From Moniliella sp. 'wahieum' (taxonomy: Eukaryota): a DNA stretch of 63,740 bases. Positions 26,118 through 38,378 of the stretch are shown piece after piece. The notes beneath the pieces are model-generated. The model searched no databases. It was not told the DNA's origin and saw nothing but the letters and a program-made list of their open reading frames with translations. Both the position numbers and the translations under genes were made by a program. Each line of letters opens with the position of its first letter. Within the stretch, counting starts at the first letter, position 1. The stretch is taken from positions 62,001 to 125,740 of the forward strand of contig RSEE01000149.1 of assembly GCA_003971905.1 (NCBI GenBank), given 5' to 3'.

Positions 26118-27043
26118 TAATGTCTCGTCTCTAATGTTAGGATATCCCCGCCGACGGATCCTGAAAGCCGAAAGCTTTGTAGCTTGGTGCCCTCCGCAGG
26201 TATCAGCTCCCAGATCTCAGTTCTAAGTAGGCACAGCTCTCATACCCTTTTGTTTTGGGAGCCTTGGCTGCAGCGACCTCAGGTCTGGTACCTGACCACA
26301 TTCTTCACGAATATCTTCCTACATGACAAAACGCGGATAATATGGAACCCTCCTCTCACTTATAACCATTCTATTGGAGATGCTGGCCCTTCGGCTAAGG
26401 TCTTCTTTCTGTACTGGTAATTCACTTCTCCTATCATCTCTCTCCGTAGGTTAGAGCCCAGAGAAGAAGGGACGCTGTCCGAATTTCGACTGAAAAGAAA
26501 ATAGAAGCAGGAGCCGCTCTCTGTCTGCATCGGAGCCGATCGGACGAAATCACAGGTCTTGCCTTCACACAGTCCGAAATGAATGTCTGATTGTCAGGCC
26601 CACTCTTCAAAACCTTCAAGAAAAAAAGAGAAGAGTATGATAACGGATCAAAAGAAGGCCATTAACCATTAACTGCATTAACCCTCACATCCGTCAGTAT
26701 TCATTACAAGATGGCCAACGGATTCGGCTCGTCCACTGTTCCGTCGTCCACACCGGTTGACTGTCCATACCACCAACATATAACAATTCTACTAATCGTC
26801 CATGAAAATTGTATGCTCGATGTATGTCGGTGGCGGCGATGGCTGTGGCGGCAGTTGGGACACAAAAACGCGGTCCTATACAGAATCTTTTCCCATTGAA
26901 TCCATTGTGTTGTGCACAACTTTTCAGTAGTATAACGGAAACCCGTTCCGCGCCAAGGTTGCTCTCGTCCAGCGTTTGCTGACAGCTCGCGCCCGCCAAA
27001 ATTGGAATCCAATGCAGTTCCCAGTAATCCACGGGACCCTCTC

Positions 27044-27224
27044 TGTCACAGTCGGGGCTAAGGCGAGGGAGACCAGGATCGGACTAGGCCAAGGGGTGTA
27101 GCAATCGTTCGTGGGGAAGAAGCAAGAACAGAGGACATGGTGCGAAGTGGAAGGAACAGGGAAGGAGCGAGACGCTCGAGACGAAGAAATTGGAAATGGG
27201 AGCGAGATCAGCCAAACTATGACA
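27044..27224 (-). repeat. 3' LTR, 181 bp
   Basis: Direct repeat of 32620-32800. Confidence 0.97.
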
Positions 27225-27234
27225 TTGCCCCCTT

Positions 27235-30200
27235 TCAGACCTCATCTCCCGGGCGGCGACGGAGGCGAGAGAGGGCGAGTCGGCGGGCATGGAGACAGCT
27301 ATCGGGGTAGAGGGCTTGGAAACGGACCACTGGCTCGGCGTCATGAGACATGTCCGCAGCGGGTACCCACTCCCGCTCGTGGACAGGATAGCCCCGGAAG
27401 TGAACAAAGTACTCAATGCGGCCACCACGACCCTTGCGGCGAGAGTCGAGGACATGTTCAACCTCGTGATGAACCGCACCATCATCAGCATACTCGGGGA
27501 GAGGGGCGGGGCTCAATCAAGCGGGCAGGGACCACGTCACCAGGGGTGTAGGCTCGCAAGCGGGACACATGGAACACGTCATGGGGTGTAGGTAGTCGGG
27601 GAGGCGGACCTGGTATGCGGCGCGGCCCACGGCGCGGACAATGGGAAAGGGGCCGAGGTAGCGATAGTCGAGGCCGTCAGAAGGCCGCTGGCTGGCCACA
27701 TAGCCGTCCCGACGGACCAAGACAGGCTGGCCAGCAGTAAGGAAGCCGCCTCGGTGCGCTGCTGATCGGCATAATGCTTGTAGCGGTCTTGGGCCGCGGC
27801 GAGCGTGCGGCGGGCCACCGCCTGGGCCGAGCGCAAGTCCTCCAAATATGACGCAGCATCGGGCACGGGCGAAGTGGAGGGCTCCAACTCCCCCCGGGGA
27901 GTAACCATAGGTGAGGACAAAGGGGGACTGGTGGGTGCTCGAGTGGGAGGACGAGTTGTAGGCGAATTCGGCCGGGGAGGAGGTCGAACCAGTTGGACTG
28001 CTGCTCGTCGAGGTAGCAGCGGAGGTGCTGTTCGAGGATCTGGTTGAGTCGCTCAGTCTGGCCGTCCGTCTGGGGGTGGTACGCGGTGTGAGGCTCGACT
28101 TGATGCCCAAGTCGGCACACAAGGCTTGCCAGAAGTGGCTTGTGAAGGTCGGTCCCCGATCACTCACCAGATCCCGAGGAAGGCCATGGTAGCGAAAGAC
28201 ATGGTGTACAAACTGGCGTGCGAGCTGGGGCGCAGTGTCCGTCGTGTGGGCGGGAATGAAGTGACCATTTTGGTAAAACGATCCACCACCACCAGAATCG
28301 CGTCGTAACCATTGGATCGGGGAAGCTGGGTAATGTGGTCCATCGTCAAGTGGGTCCAGGGGCCTTGGGGAGGGGGAAGGGGCTGAAGGAGTCCCGGGTT
28401 GGTGCGAGGCGCTTTGGTCCGTTGACAGCGGTCGCACGAGCGCACGTAGGCCCACACGTCGGCTGACAGGGGGCCACCAATATTGAGCGCGGACACGGGC
28501 CAACGTCTTGTCGCGCCCTTCATGGCCCGCCTGCCGAGTCGTGGGCTTGGTGGAGAATGGTAGCACGGATCGCGGGTCGCTGGACGTAATAGACCTGGTT
28601 TCCGTGCCACAAAAAGCCGTCGCGGACCGTCAAAGCATGGGGGTGGGGTGGGCCGTAGCAGGGACCAACGAGGGTCACGAGGCACGAGTTGGCGGATGCG
28701 CTGTCGAATCTCGTCGGCAGACACTCGCCCCACCACCGGCGTAACGGGGTCCGCCGCCATGAGCTCGAGGGCGGCGGCAGAACGTTCGGACATGGGCTCC
28801 ACCTACTTGAGGTGCCGCGTCAGCGGGCCGGGACCCCTCCGCGAGGTCGGGACGGCGCGACAACCCGTCGGCTGCACCATTCTTCTGCCCGGCACGGTAC
28901 ACCATAGCAAGGCGGTAGGGGACAGGGTCTGGCGCCATCGGCCCTGGCGGCGGTTCAACAGGCGGGGGGCGGAACGTAGCAATGGCCTCGTGGTCCGTAA
29001 GCACTTGGACAGTCTCAACACTTTCGACGTAATGGCGCCACACCTCCACGGCGGCCACGATGGCCAGCACCTCCTTTTCGGACGTAGTATAGTTCAGCTC
29101 GGCCGCGGTGAACTTGCGAGAATGGAAGGCGACCGGCCGCCAACGACCGTGAACATCCTGCTGGGCGAGCACCGCACCAAGCGCCGCGTCCGACGCGTCA
29201 GTCTCGAGGCGAAGGGCGAGTGGGATCAAAGTGGCAGAGGAGGTGGGGCGAGGCAAAGACGCGCTTGAGCTCGGCAAATGCCGCTTCGCAGGCTGGGGTC
29301 CAAGAAAACCGCTGGTCCTTGCGTGTCAGGTCGGACAGGGGGGCTGAGATACGGGCAAAAGAACGGACGAAGTGACGGTAGTAGTTGGCGAAGCCGAGGA
29401 AGACTTGAACTTGGCGAGAGGTTCTGGGTGTTGGCCACGACCGAATCGACTCAACCTTGGACGGGTCCATCCCGATCCCGTCAGGCGAAACGACGTAGCC
29501 CAGGTACTCGGTGCGGCGTGTGTGGAACTGACACTTGTCGGGATTGAGGTAGAACTTGGCCAGCTGCAGACGCCGGAGGACCTCGGCAACGTGGCGCGCG
29601 TGCTCCATCTCATTAGTCGAGAAGATGAGGATGTCGTCGAGGTATGCCAGTACCGAGACGTCGAGGAGGTCGCGGAGGAGGTCGTTCATCACAGCTTGGA
29701 AGGTGGCAGGGGTTGCAAAGGCCAAACGGCATAACAAGGGATTCAAAGTGTCCGTACCGAGTGCGGAAGGCAGTCTTACTCTCGTCGCCTTCTCTCACCC
29801 GCAACAAGTTATACGCCCCACGGAGGTCAAGCTTGGTGAAGATGCGGGCCCTCGAGAGGCGGTCCAACGAGTCGCTAATCAGAGGCAGAGCCAACCGGTT
29901 CTTGATCGTAACCGAGTTGAGCGCACGATAGTCCACGCACAGGCGCAACGAGCCGTCCTTCTTTTTGAAAAACAGGACGCCCGCGCCGAAGGGGACTTGG
30001 ACGGACGGATGAACCCGGCAGCCAGGTTCTCCTTGAGCCACTGGGACAAGGCCTGCATTTCGCCCGTCGACAAGGGGTAGAGGCGAGTGAAGGTGGGGGC
30101 GGCGCCGGGGACAAGGTCGATGGCGTGATCGGCGGCACGATGGGCGGGGAGCGTCTTAGCCCCTGACTTGGAAAAGGCGCTAAGGAAGGAGTGGTAGCGG

Positions 30201-32578
30201 GGAGGGACTGTCTGGCGGACGTGCTCGAGGTACTCGGGTGTCAAACTCGTCGGGAAACATTGGCTCGGGACCGCCAGCGACCGCGACGGACGAGACGGCC
30301 AACTCGGGCTCAGGGGGAAAGGCGACGTTTACCATGGCCTCGGGTTCCTTGACCACCTCGAGCTCAAACTGCTCCAGAGAGAATGTCAATAGGCGGTCCA
30401 GACCGAGAAGGCAAGGAGGGACCCGGGCCAGAGGGCGCCGAGGAAGGGTGTGGGGGAGGCTGCGTACCGCGCGAAGGGGGGTGGGACGAAGTGGGCAAGG
30501 GAGGGGAGGAGGGACGGGCTGGGAGGGAACCGAGGAGGGAAAAGGAATCGAGTTGACAGAGGGGGGCGAGATGGGGTTAGGTGGGGAGGTGGACTTGGGC
30601 CGGGGCCCGGGCGAGTGCTGGTGCTGGTGCGTAGTCTTGGTCTTGGGCTGGTCTTGGTGCTTGGGCTGTCTTGGTGCTTGGGCTGGTCTTGGTGCTTGGG
30701 CTGGTCTTGGTGCTTGGGCTGGTCTTGGTGCTTGGGCTGGTTCTGGTGCTTGGGCTGGTCTTGGGGCTGAGGCCGGGGTACAGTCGTGGAAGGCATATGG
30801 TGATCACGGCACTGCACCTTATCAAAGTAAAGGGTGTGCGAGGGGTAGTCGGTGCTGGGGTTGTGAGTTTCCAGAAAAGGGAGACCGAGGATGAGGGGGT
30901 GATGGAGGGAAGTGAGGAAAAACTCCTCAGTTGAGACATGGGAGCCGATCACGACAGGCGCCTTCACCGCTTGGGTCACCAGACCCGAGGAAATGGGACG
31001 CCCGTCTACCACCCTGACGACCACGGGCGACGGCAGCGTGCGAGGAACCAGGCCATGCTGGCGGGCAAAACCATGGTCCATGAAAATACTGTTCGCACCA
31101 GAGTCGACCAAGGCGGTGACCGGGATCGGGGAAAGGGAGACGGAGACGAGGGGCCAGGATGCAGATGGCGAGTAACGTGAAAGACCGAGAGGAGGGGGGA
31201 CAGGGCCCCACTGCCCCTCAGACAGAATCAGCGGCGGGGCCGAGGAGGCGGCGGGAGACCTGGACGTGGGGCACTCGGCAATGAGGTGGTCACGGGAACC
31301 GCAGTAGAAGCACGCACCTTGAGCGCGGCGCTCGGTGCGCCGTGCCGCCGCTTCGGCGGTGGCGGTGGCTGCGCTGAGGTCCATGGGCTCGGCTTCGGGC
31401 GACGAGGGCCGAAACCAATGATTGCCGCCCGATCCCGGGGAGGTTGCGGTACCACGAGCGCCCAGCGATTGCGATTGGTCGATGTCAATGGCCGCTGTGC
31501 GCAGTTGTTCGAAACTGATCCGTCCAAAGTGAGCCGACTCGCCGCGGGAGGCGATTGCGTCACGCACCCGCGGCTTCAAGCCGTACAGAAAGTAATAGTA
31601 GCGGTCCTCATCCGACGCGTTGGGGTTCCAGCGACGTAGCAGAACCGTGAACGTAGCGGAATAGTCCGCTGCAGATCCTGTCTGCCGAAGACGACGAAAC
31701 TCCTCAAACGCCTTCAGCGCCGGGTTGCGCTCGCCCACTGCTCCAGGAAAGCTGCGCGAAACGCAGGCCAAGACTGGAGGGCGGTGTGGTGCGCGCCTCC
31801 AGGGGAAGGGCCACCTCCGAGCCGAACTGCTCGACCCAAGTGAGGGCCTCTCCCTGCAGCAGGCCCATGAAGCGGTCGATCCATGCCGCCGCGCCCATAT
31901 GCGTGAGGGCGACGCGCGCGTAAATCTCGAAGGAGGTGACGACGTGCTGGGCCTGGACCGGTCACGAGAGTTGGGATTCGCACCAGACGACGGGCGGAAA
32001 CGAACGGGCTCGAACATCTTAGGCTCTTCCGACACCGTGTTCGGGATGGCAGTCAGATCACCATAAGGCCCAGGGGCGGGAGCGGGGGCGGGGGCCGAGG
32101 ACACCACGCCAGTTTGAGCCTCCCGTACCGAGGCGGCCAACCGGGCCTCTTCCGCGGCAAGCGCCGCCTCCTCCCGCCGCTGACGGAGGCGGTGCTCACG
32201 GCGCTTCGCCTCTTGCTCATCCTCGAAAGCGCGGCGCTGGTCCTCCTGGGCTGCAAGGTAGGCCTGGTGTTCCCGGGCCTCCGTCAACAGAAGCTGGCGC
32301 ATTCTGCGGGCCTCATCGACCCGGCGCTGAGCGGCCTCGAGGTCCAGGCCGGACAAGTCGGAGGCAGGCAATGTATACCCCGGGGGCGCGGGCGCAACAG
32401 ACGGAGCTGCATGGGGGGGTTCAGAGGGCCCAGCCGGGTGGAACCACTCCGGGCCATCGTCGTCGAACGGAGCGTCAGAGGGGGGGTCGGACGGGGGTCG
32501 GATCGGGCCGCGCCGCGCGATGGGGTGCGGCGCGCTAGGGTTACTGGGGTCACGGGGGTTGTCGTGGATCGAGGACAT
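27235..32578 (-). CDS. Gag-Pol polyprotein (frameshifted in this assembly)
   Basis: Gag [10 protein letters not shown] and zinc knuckle [14 protein letters not shown]; protease [39 protein letters not shown]; RNase H ETDASD; integrase [38 protein letters not shown]-terminal chromodomain. Confidence 0.95.
30640..30770 (-). repeat. 18-bp coding repeat (QPKHQD)n between protease and RT
   Basis: About 7 copies of ggtcttggtgcttgggct on the + strand. Confidence 0.9.
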
Positions 32579-32619
32579 GTCTGGTCGGGCTCGCCTGTTG
32601 ACGGTTAGACGAACGATAA

Positions 32620-32800
32620 TGTCACAGTCGGGGCTAAGGCGAGGGAGACCAGGATCGGACTAGGCCAAGGGGTGTAGCAATCGTTCGTGGGGAAGAAGCA
32701 AGAACAGAGGACATGGTGCGAAGTGGAAGGAACAGGGAAGGAGCGAGACGCTCGAGACGAAGAAATTGGAAATGGGAGCGAGATCAGCCAAACTATGACA
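32620..32800 (-). repeat. 5' LTR, 181 bp
   Basis: Direct repeat of 27044-27224; lies upstream of the gag ATG at 32578. Confidence 0.97.
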
Positions 32801-33785
32801 CTCTCCCTCCGTCATTCATTCCCAAACCGGGTTTTGCACGAGTAGATATGGACGAGTGTTGCATTGGTCGTGGGGGGGAATGACTAATCTTGAATGAGAC
32901 CCCATCTTCAACCAGTTCTATATCCATTGACCAATGTTGTTTTGATGAGCATTCTTGGTGGCGTATATAGTACCATCGCATCTTCTTCTTCTTGACTAAA
33001 AAGGAGAATGGATCTCGAGCGTGTCTCTTTGCTCATCTCTCCCCCATGTGCACGCCTTCGGGGCGAAAGGACTGGTCATGTATCATCTTTTCAGGCTGTG
33101 TATACAAAAGCACAGAAGTTATCACATAACATTTGAAGGCCTAGCACCAGCATAACACGGGGATAGGCTGTGGGCCCCACATCCGTCTCTTCCAGGTTGC
33201 CCCAGTCCCCAGGCACAGTGTATGGAAGAGGAAACCATTCGAACATCTATTACATTTCGATTTATTGTGGGGCTACGGACTCGGCTCCTACAGCTCCCGT
33301 AACATCATCGATAACCCTCCCGTTTACGAATCTATATATCTTTCTTTTACGGAAAACAAATAGTATCCCTTTTAGACGTTCCGTGTGAATGGAGCAGCTC
33401 TCTTGGTGTAACTGCTAATAAGGGCTTCGCCTGGATCCACACGGTAGGGGTTCCGTGGCCATGCTACATGATGCATGATGCATGATATGCCTAGTGCCTG
33501 CTTCCTGAGACTGAAGAAACTTTTGCGGACTGGGATGGCATCGGATTATGTTTGCAACCTATACCATCCCGCCAACGTCATGGATAACGTTCTATCTCTT
33601 CAAGCTTCATATATCATAGTCCTCCATGCTCTGCCGACACTCAGACGGAGATAATGTGCGGTAGTAGGAGGGGCAGGACATCGGATCTCCATTACATTAT
33701 GCGATGCCGAAAGAATGTGGGGCGCAGAGTTGTAAACCAGAACCCTACTTTGAGGTCAAAGACCCTATACGTCGTCCACGACTTG

Positions 33786-34078
33786 GTAATTCTACTACAG
33801 AGGGACGGTTTAAGCGTTCTAGTTATGCCTGAGTTTCTCCACGATCTATATATATCTACCGTATGTGGTCATTATATCACTAAATTATCCGGGACTCCCC
33901 CAGAGTCTGGAAGCTTAACGCTCAGTAATTCCACCAGAAGGGGACGGTTTAAGCGTTACGCGTCGTTGTTACAGATTATACCTGAGTTTGTCCACGGTCT
34001 ATATATACCGTGTGTGGTCATTAATCATTATCTCAAAAGGAGCCGGGCTTCCCCCGGAGTCTGGAAGCTTGACGCTCC
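33786..34078. repeat. Diverged tandem duplication, units of about 139 and 154 bp
   Basis: Shared blocks GTAATTC, GGGACGGTTTAAGCGTT, CCTGAGTTT.TCCACG.TCTATATATA, TGTGGTCATTA, GAGTCTGGAAGCTT.ACGCTC. Confidence 0.9.
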
Positions 34079-35165
34079 CATAAGTCCACCGCACCCTTCA
34101 CTCTCATCGCATAGTGCCTCTCACCGCACCTCTCATTGCCTCTCGTGTGACGCTGTTTGAGTTTGACACTCACTTTTGGTACAGCTTTCTTTTGGTTGGT
34201 CCCACAGATTGCTAGATACGCGACACATGGACCGCATCCAAGTGCCTCCCAATACGTTGAGAGATGCCCACCGGTGCATTATTGTGATACGCAGAACTGT
34301 ATTGTGGGTCATATATATCCCGCGGCAGTGGTACTTACCGTTAACCCCTGGCACCATTGTTGACCACATTGACCGATTGATCCATTGACCACTCTGAGAC
34401 CCTACCCAGATGCATGGCCTCCATCCAGTAAACCGTGTCTTTACCACAAGATGGGAGTGACTATCTTTTTGGCGCTGAGAGAACCGGAACCGACTGTCCT
34501 GGTCCGGGCTTATGGGTCAAGCGGGGGTGCCGACGAAGAAAGACGAAAATAAGATACGGAAATTCGGGAGGTCAGCATTTGCTGCCAAGTGTCCACCCAC
34601 CCACAGACAAACAGCGGCCGTGCGAGGAAGCGGAAGGGCAGGATGGGTGTGGTCAAGAAGTTGCGGTGCTAAGCCTGCGATATCCTCATCGGGACACAGG
34701 TTGAAGGATATGGGTGCGCGCTTTCCACAATATAGCTGCTCCCCGCAATGCGCGCATTACTTTTCGAATTAGCCATCAACTACTTTTTGTGGAGCAAGTG
34801 GCGGTGTGCGTGGGAGAAGGCCCATGGTGAGTAATTTCCACATGGTCAATGGGGCAGAGACAGAGAACCCGTGGGAGCCTGCGGGAGGACGGGGAGCCGG
34901 AGAACTTGGGCGTCTGTGGGCCAGCGAGGTTAGAGGACTGGAAATCTGGGCGCGCTGAGCGCTGAGCGCAGCCGCCACCTTGCTTTGTGCTCGCCCTTTG
35001 GCCCACAGCGGCGAGCGGGACGTGTGTGTGATGGGAGGCCATCTCTCGAGCATAGCCGGACATGTATGTGATTGAAGGCTATATATATATGCTGCACCAA
35101 AGCAAGGCCTAATATGGATTGGAGATGTTCCTCCCCCCAGACGCTTTGCCACCAGCAGACCACTC

Positions 35166-36438
35166 ATGGCCGACGAGAGCGGGAACGATCTGGGAGCTGC
35201 TGGGCTCGTCCTCCCTTTGAACAGAGGGCCCGGAGAGTCCGCGGGCCTCCTCGTTCTTCGACCTACTGGTGCCTCCAACAGCAGAAGAGGCAAGCGACCC
35301 GTATTTATTGGACTCGCTCGCCTCCATCATTCCGTACGACAACATTTCCAGTCCCATCTTCCCAGCCCAAGGCTCTGTCGACTGGTCTGCCGCAGAGGCA
35401 CTACCAGCTTTTTCAGTACAGTCCAGCCCGACGAAAGCCTGTTCTCTTGGCCCCAGACCCACGTTACGCCACAGCAACACTTCCCCCTCACCTCGGTACC
35501 CATCCATCCTGACCCACCCCTTTTGTTCTAGCCTATTTCCCGCTCCAAGACAAGCAGACTCTTTCCCACTAGAGTCACACTGGGCGCCCCCAGCGGCACC
35601 TGTGTTTCACCCTGGCTCCGACCCCGTCCCATTCCCAGGTGGGGACGAGTACACCTCATGTTTGCCTCAGGATCTGGTGTCGCCAAATGGCCGGCCGTCG
35701 CGGAAACGGGAAGCGATCACTTTCTGTCCGCAGGGGTGGAAACCGAGGCTCTACACCCCTCCTAACCGGAGACTGGTAGACGTGTCTCTTCTACCCGACA
35801 AAATTCTGGGGACATCAGCTGATGCTGCCCACGCCGCGGGGTACTGGATCGATTGGGAAAGTCGTGTGCAACCATCTGGCCCAATATGTACCCAGTACGT
35901 TACCGTTTCTTCCACCGCGGGGAACCGACCGACGGGCCAAGCACAATGCCTCGGAGCAAAAACGAAGGGCAACATTAAACGGGGCTATGACCTTTTGAGC
36001 CAGCTCGTCCCCGCCTCCGAGCCCAAGATGGCTCCCACCGTGTTTCCTGGTCCGAAGCATACATTTTGTCCCAAGGTGCGCCCCTTCCTTCCTAGCGAAG
36101 AACCGCCTGAACTAGAGTGTTGACCGGCGCTTGTGAAAGGATTGGAATATATCCGGGAGCAAGTCGAGGCTCATGCCGCACTCTTGGCACGGCGCAGACT
36201 CTTACGCGTCGCGATTGCCCGAGCGGCGGGTGGGAGATTACCCTTCCCTCGGACCCTCCGCTTACCCAACAAGTCTCTCAACCCCCCCTTTCTTGACTCT
36301 CATCATCTGTTGGAGGGGACTACGGCAGAATTCCCCTTCACATACATACCTCTGTTGTCGACGGTCCTAATAGCTTTTCTTGACCGGATCTCTCGCTGGA
36401 GCTTTTCTCACAGTGAATGTATATGTCTACGGTATTGA
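35166..36438 (+). CDS. bHLH transcription factor, INO4-like; intron 36076-36139; frameshifted; 3' end uncertain
   Basis: Stitched frames give KHNASEQKRRAxIKRGYDLLSQLVP ... SEAYILSQ|GLEYIREQVE; TATA run at about 35081. Confidence 0.75.
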
Positions 36439-36578
36439 GTAGGGTGCTCACCCGGCGTCTCCTGGCCATCGACCCATCGACTGGATCTAGCTAGAATTGC
36501 TGGGGTACATATCAGGAGACTGGGGAAGCATACCTAGGCCATACGGCGGGATGGATGCATGGCAGATACTTTGGGTCT

Positions 36579-38212
36579 TCACTCATCGTCGTAGGAGAAC
36601 TTGATCGAGTGGGAGCCTTGGTCGATCAAGCCACCGCGGTAAGAGCCCTTGCGGAACTTGTCCTTTTGCTTGGTGAACGACTTGCCGCGCGTGACGATCA
36701 TCTGTTCCGACGCCTTGGCCCCCCAGTCCCCAGCACCGCTCTTGGCTGCGTACGAGTTATCCCTCAACCGATCGTCAAGGAACGTCACATCTTCCGCCTT
36801 GATCCGTGGAACCGGTTTGCCACCCAGAGCCTTTGGTTCGTCCCTCGCGCGGAGTCGAGGAGCTAGGCTGAAATTCTTGCTGCTTCCTTGGCGTTCTGCA
36901 GAGGACACATTCGCCGGAGATGCCTTCCGTTTCTGCCCAATCACAGGAGCCGGCTCCTTGTCCGACGCGGAGCTGGAGCTGGAGGAACTAGAGCTAGAGG
37001 AGCTAGAGCTGGATGACTGGGCTGGAGCTGGACGAGTCCGAGTCCGAGTCCGAGTCTGTCTGAGTCAGACGAGTCGGAAGAGTCAGAAGAGTCGAAAGAG
37101 TCTGACGAGTCAGAAGAGTCGGAAGAGTCGGACGAGTCAGAAGAGTCGGACGAGCTCGAGTCGCTGTCCGAGCTGGAACTGGAGCCGGAGCTGTCCGAGT
37201 CCGAGTCCAGGAGAGTCCGAGGAAGAGTCGAAGAAGAATCGCTGTCCGAGCTGTCCGAGCTATCCGAGCTGGAGCTGCTTCCGCCGTTGCTGGCCTTGTC
37301 CTTCTCAGTCGAGACACTCTCCCCCGTCAGGGTGGCGGAGACGGCAGACCCCTCGCTCCCTGGCGCACTAACGGGCTTCTCCTCTTCGTTATCCGAGTCG
37401 TCGTCCGAGTCGTTGTCCGAGTCTGAGGAGTCGCTATCCGATGACGAGGACGAGGACGAAAGAAGAGAGGAAGATGAGTCACTGTCCGAGTCGGAGGAGC
37501 CCGAGGAGCTCGAACATGCTGTCCACCTTGGCGGCTACCTCTTCTCGTCTCCTTCTTCGCTGCCGGCTCATCTTCCGAATCAGAGTCCGACGAGTCACTG
37601 TCCGAATCCGAGTCAGAAGAGGACGAAGATGAGGACGAGTCACTGGCCGAATCCGAGGAGCTTGAGCTGTTGGCAGCTTGGGCAGGGGCCTCCTTCTCCT
37701 TCTCGTCCTCTGAGTCCGAGTCCGAGTCAGAATAGGAGAGGGAAGAGGAAGAGGAAGAGGAAGAGGAAGAGGACGAGTCGCTGTCCGAATCCGAGTCGGA
37801 GGACTCGAGTCATCGTCGCGGACGTTTGGGCGACGTGCCGCTCGGCTTCGGAGGGGGACTCATATCGGTCCCCCTCTCCATCATCTCACTCGAGGAAGAG
37901 GAGGAGGAGGAGGAAGCATCGCCCACCTGCTCTTCCACCGCGTCTTCCATCTCGACATCAGAGTCCGAGTCCGAGTCCGAGTCCGAGTCCGAGTCTGAGC
38001 TCGACGACGAATCCGAAGACGAGTCTGAGTCGGACGACGAATCGGACGAATCGGACGAATCCGAGTCGGAGGTAGGCTTGGACTTGGTGAGCTTCGTGTT
38101 GGCTGGCGTGGCAGCTAGCAGTATGTGTTAGTCCGCACACGAATTCAGTGAGGAAGGACGTACCCAATGCCTTGGTAGTGGAGGAGACCTTCTTGCCCAC
38201 CTTGACAGCCAT
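36579..38212 (-). CDS. SRP40: SRP40/Nopp140-like nucleolar phosphoprotein with a 5' intron
   Basis: SRP40 C-terminal domain DNSY..WGAKA...VTRGKSFTKQKDKFRKGSYRGGLIDQGSHSIKF; long S/D-rich acidic repeats. Confidence 0.9.
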
Positions 38213-38378
38213 GGTCGACTCGAAATGGTTTGAGAGGGGGTGGAAGAGAGGAGAGGGAAAGGGCAGCCAAACTATAAGCGCTTGAAAAAATGGAGGCTCG
38301 GTGCAACCGGTCGTGCGATAGCGCCAGCTGACGTAATCGGGGGTGACAGCCGCCGCCGGGGCAAAAGGGGAGGGCGAA

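Larger units (their letters stand above)
27044..32800 (-). mobile_element. Full-length Ty3/Gypsy chromovirus LTR retrotransposon
   Basis: Identical 181-bp LTRs (TGTCA...TGACA), 5-bp TSD CTCTC (27039-27043, 32801-32805), PPT GAAAGGGGGCAA next to the 3' LTR, domain order gag-PR-RT-RH-INT-chromodomain. Confidence 0.97.

Noticed and set aside
37003..38131. Independent ORFs or a satellite of GAGTCC/GACTCG repeats
   Set aside because: These are the Ser/Asp-rich coding repeats of SRP40
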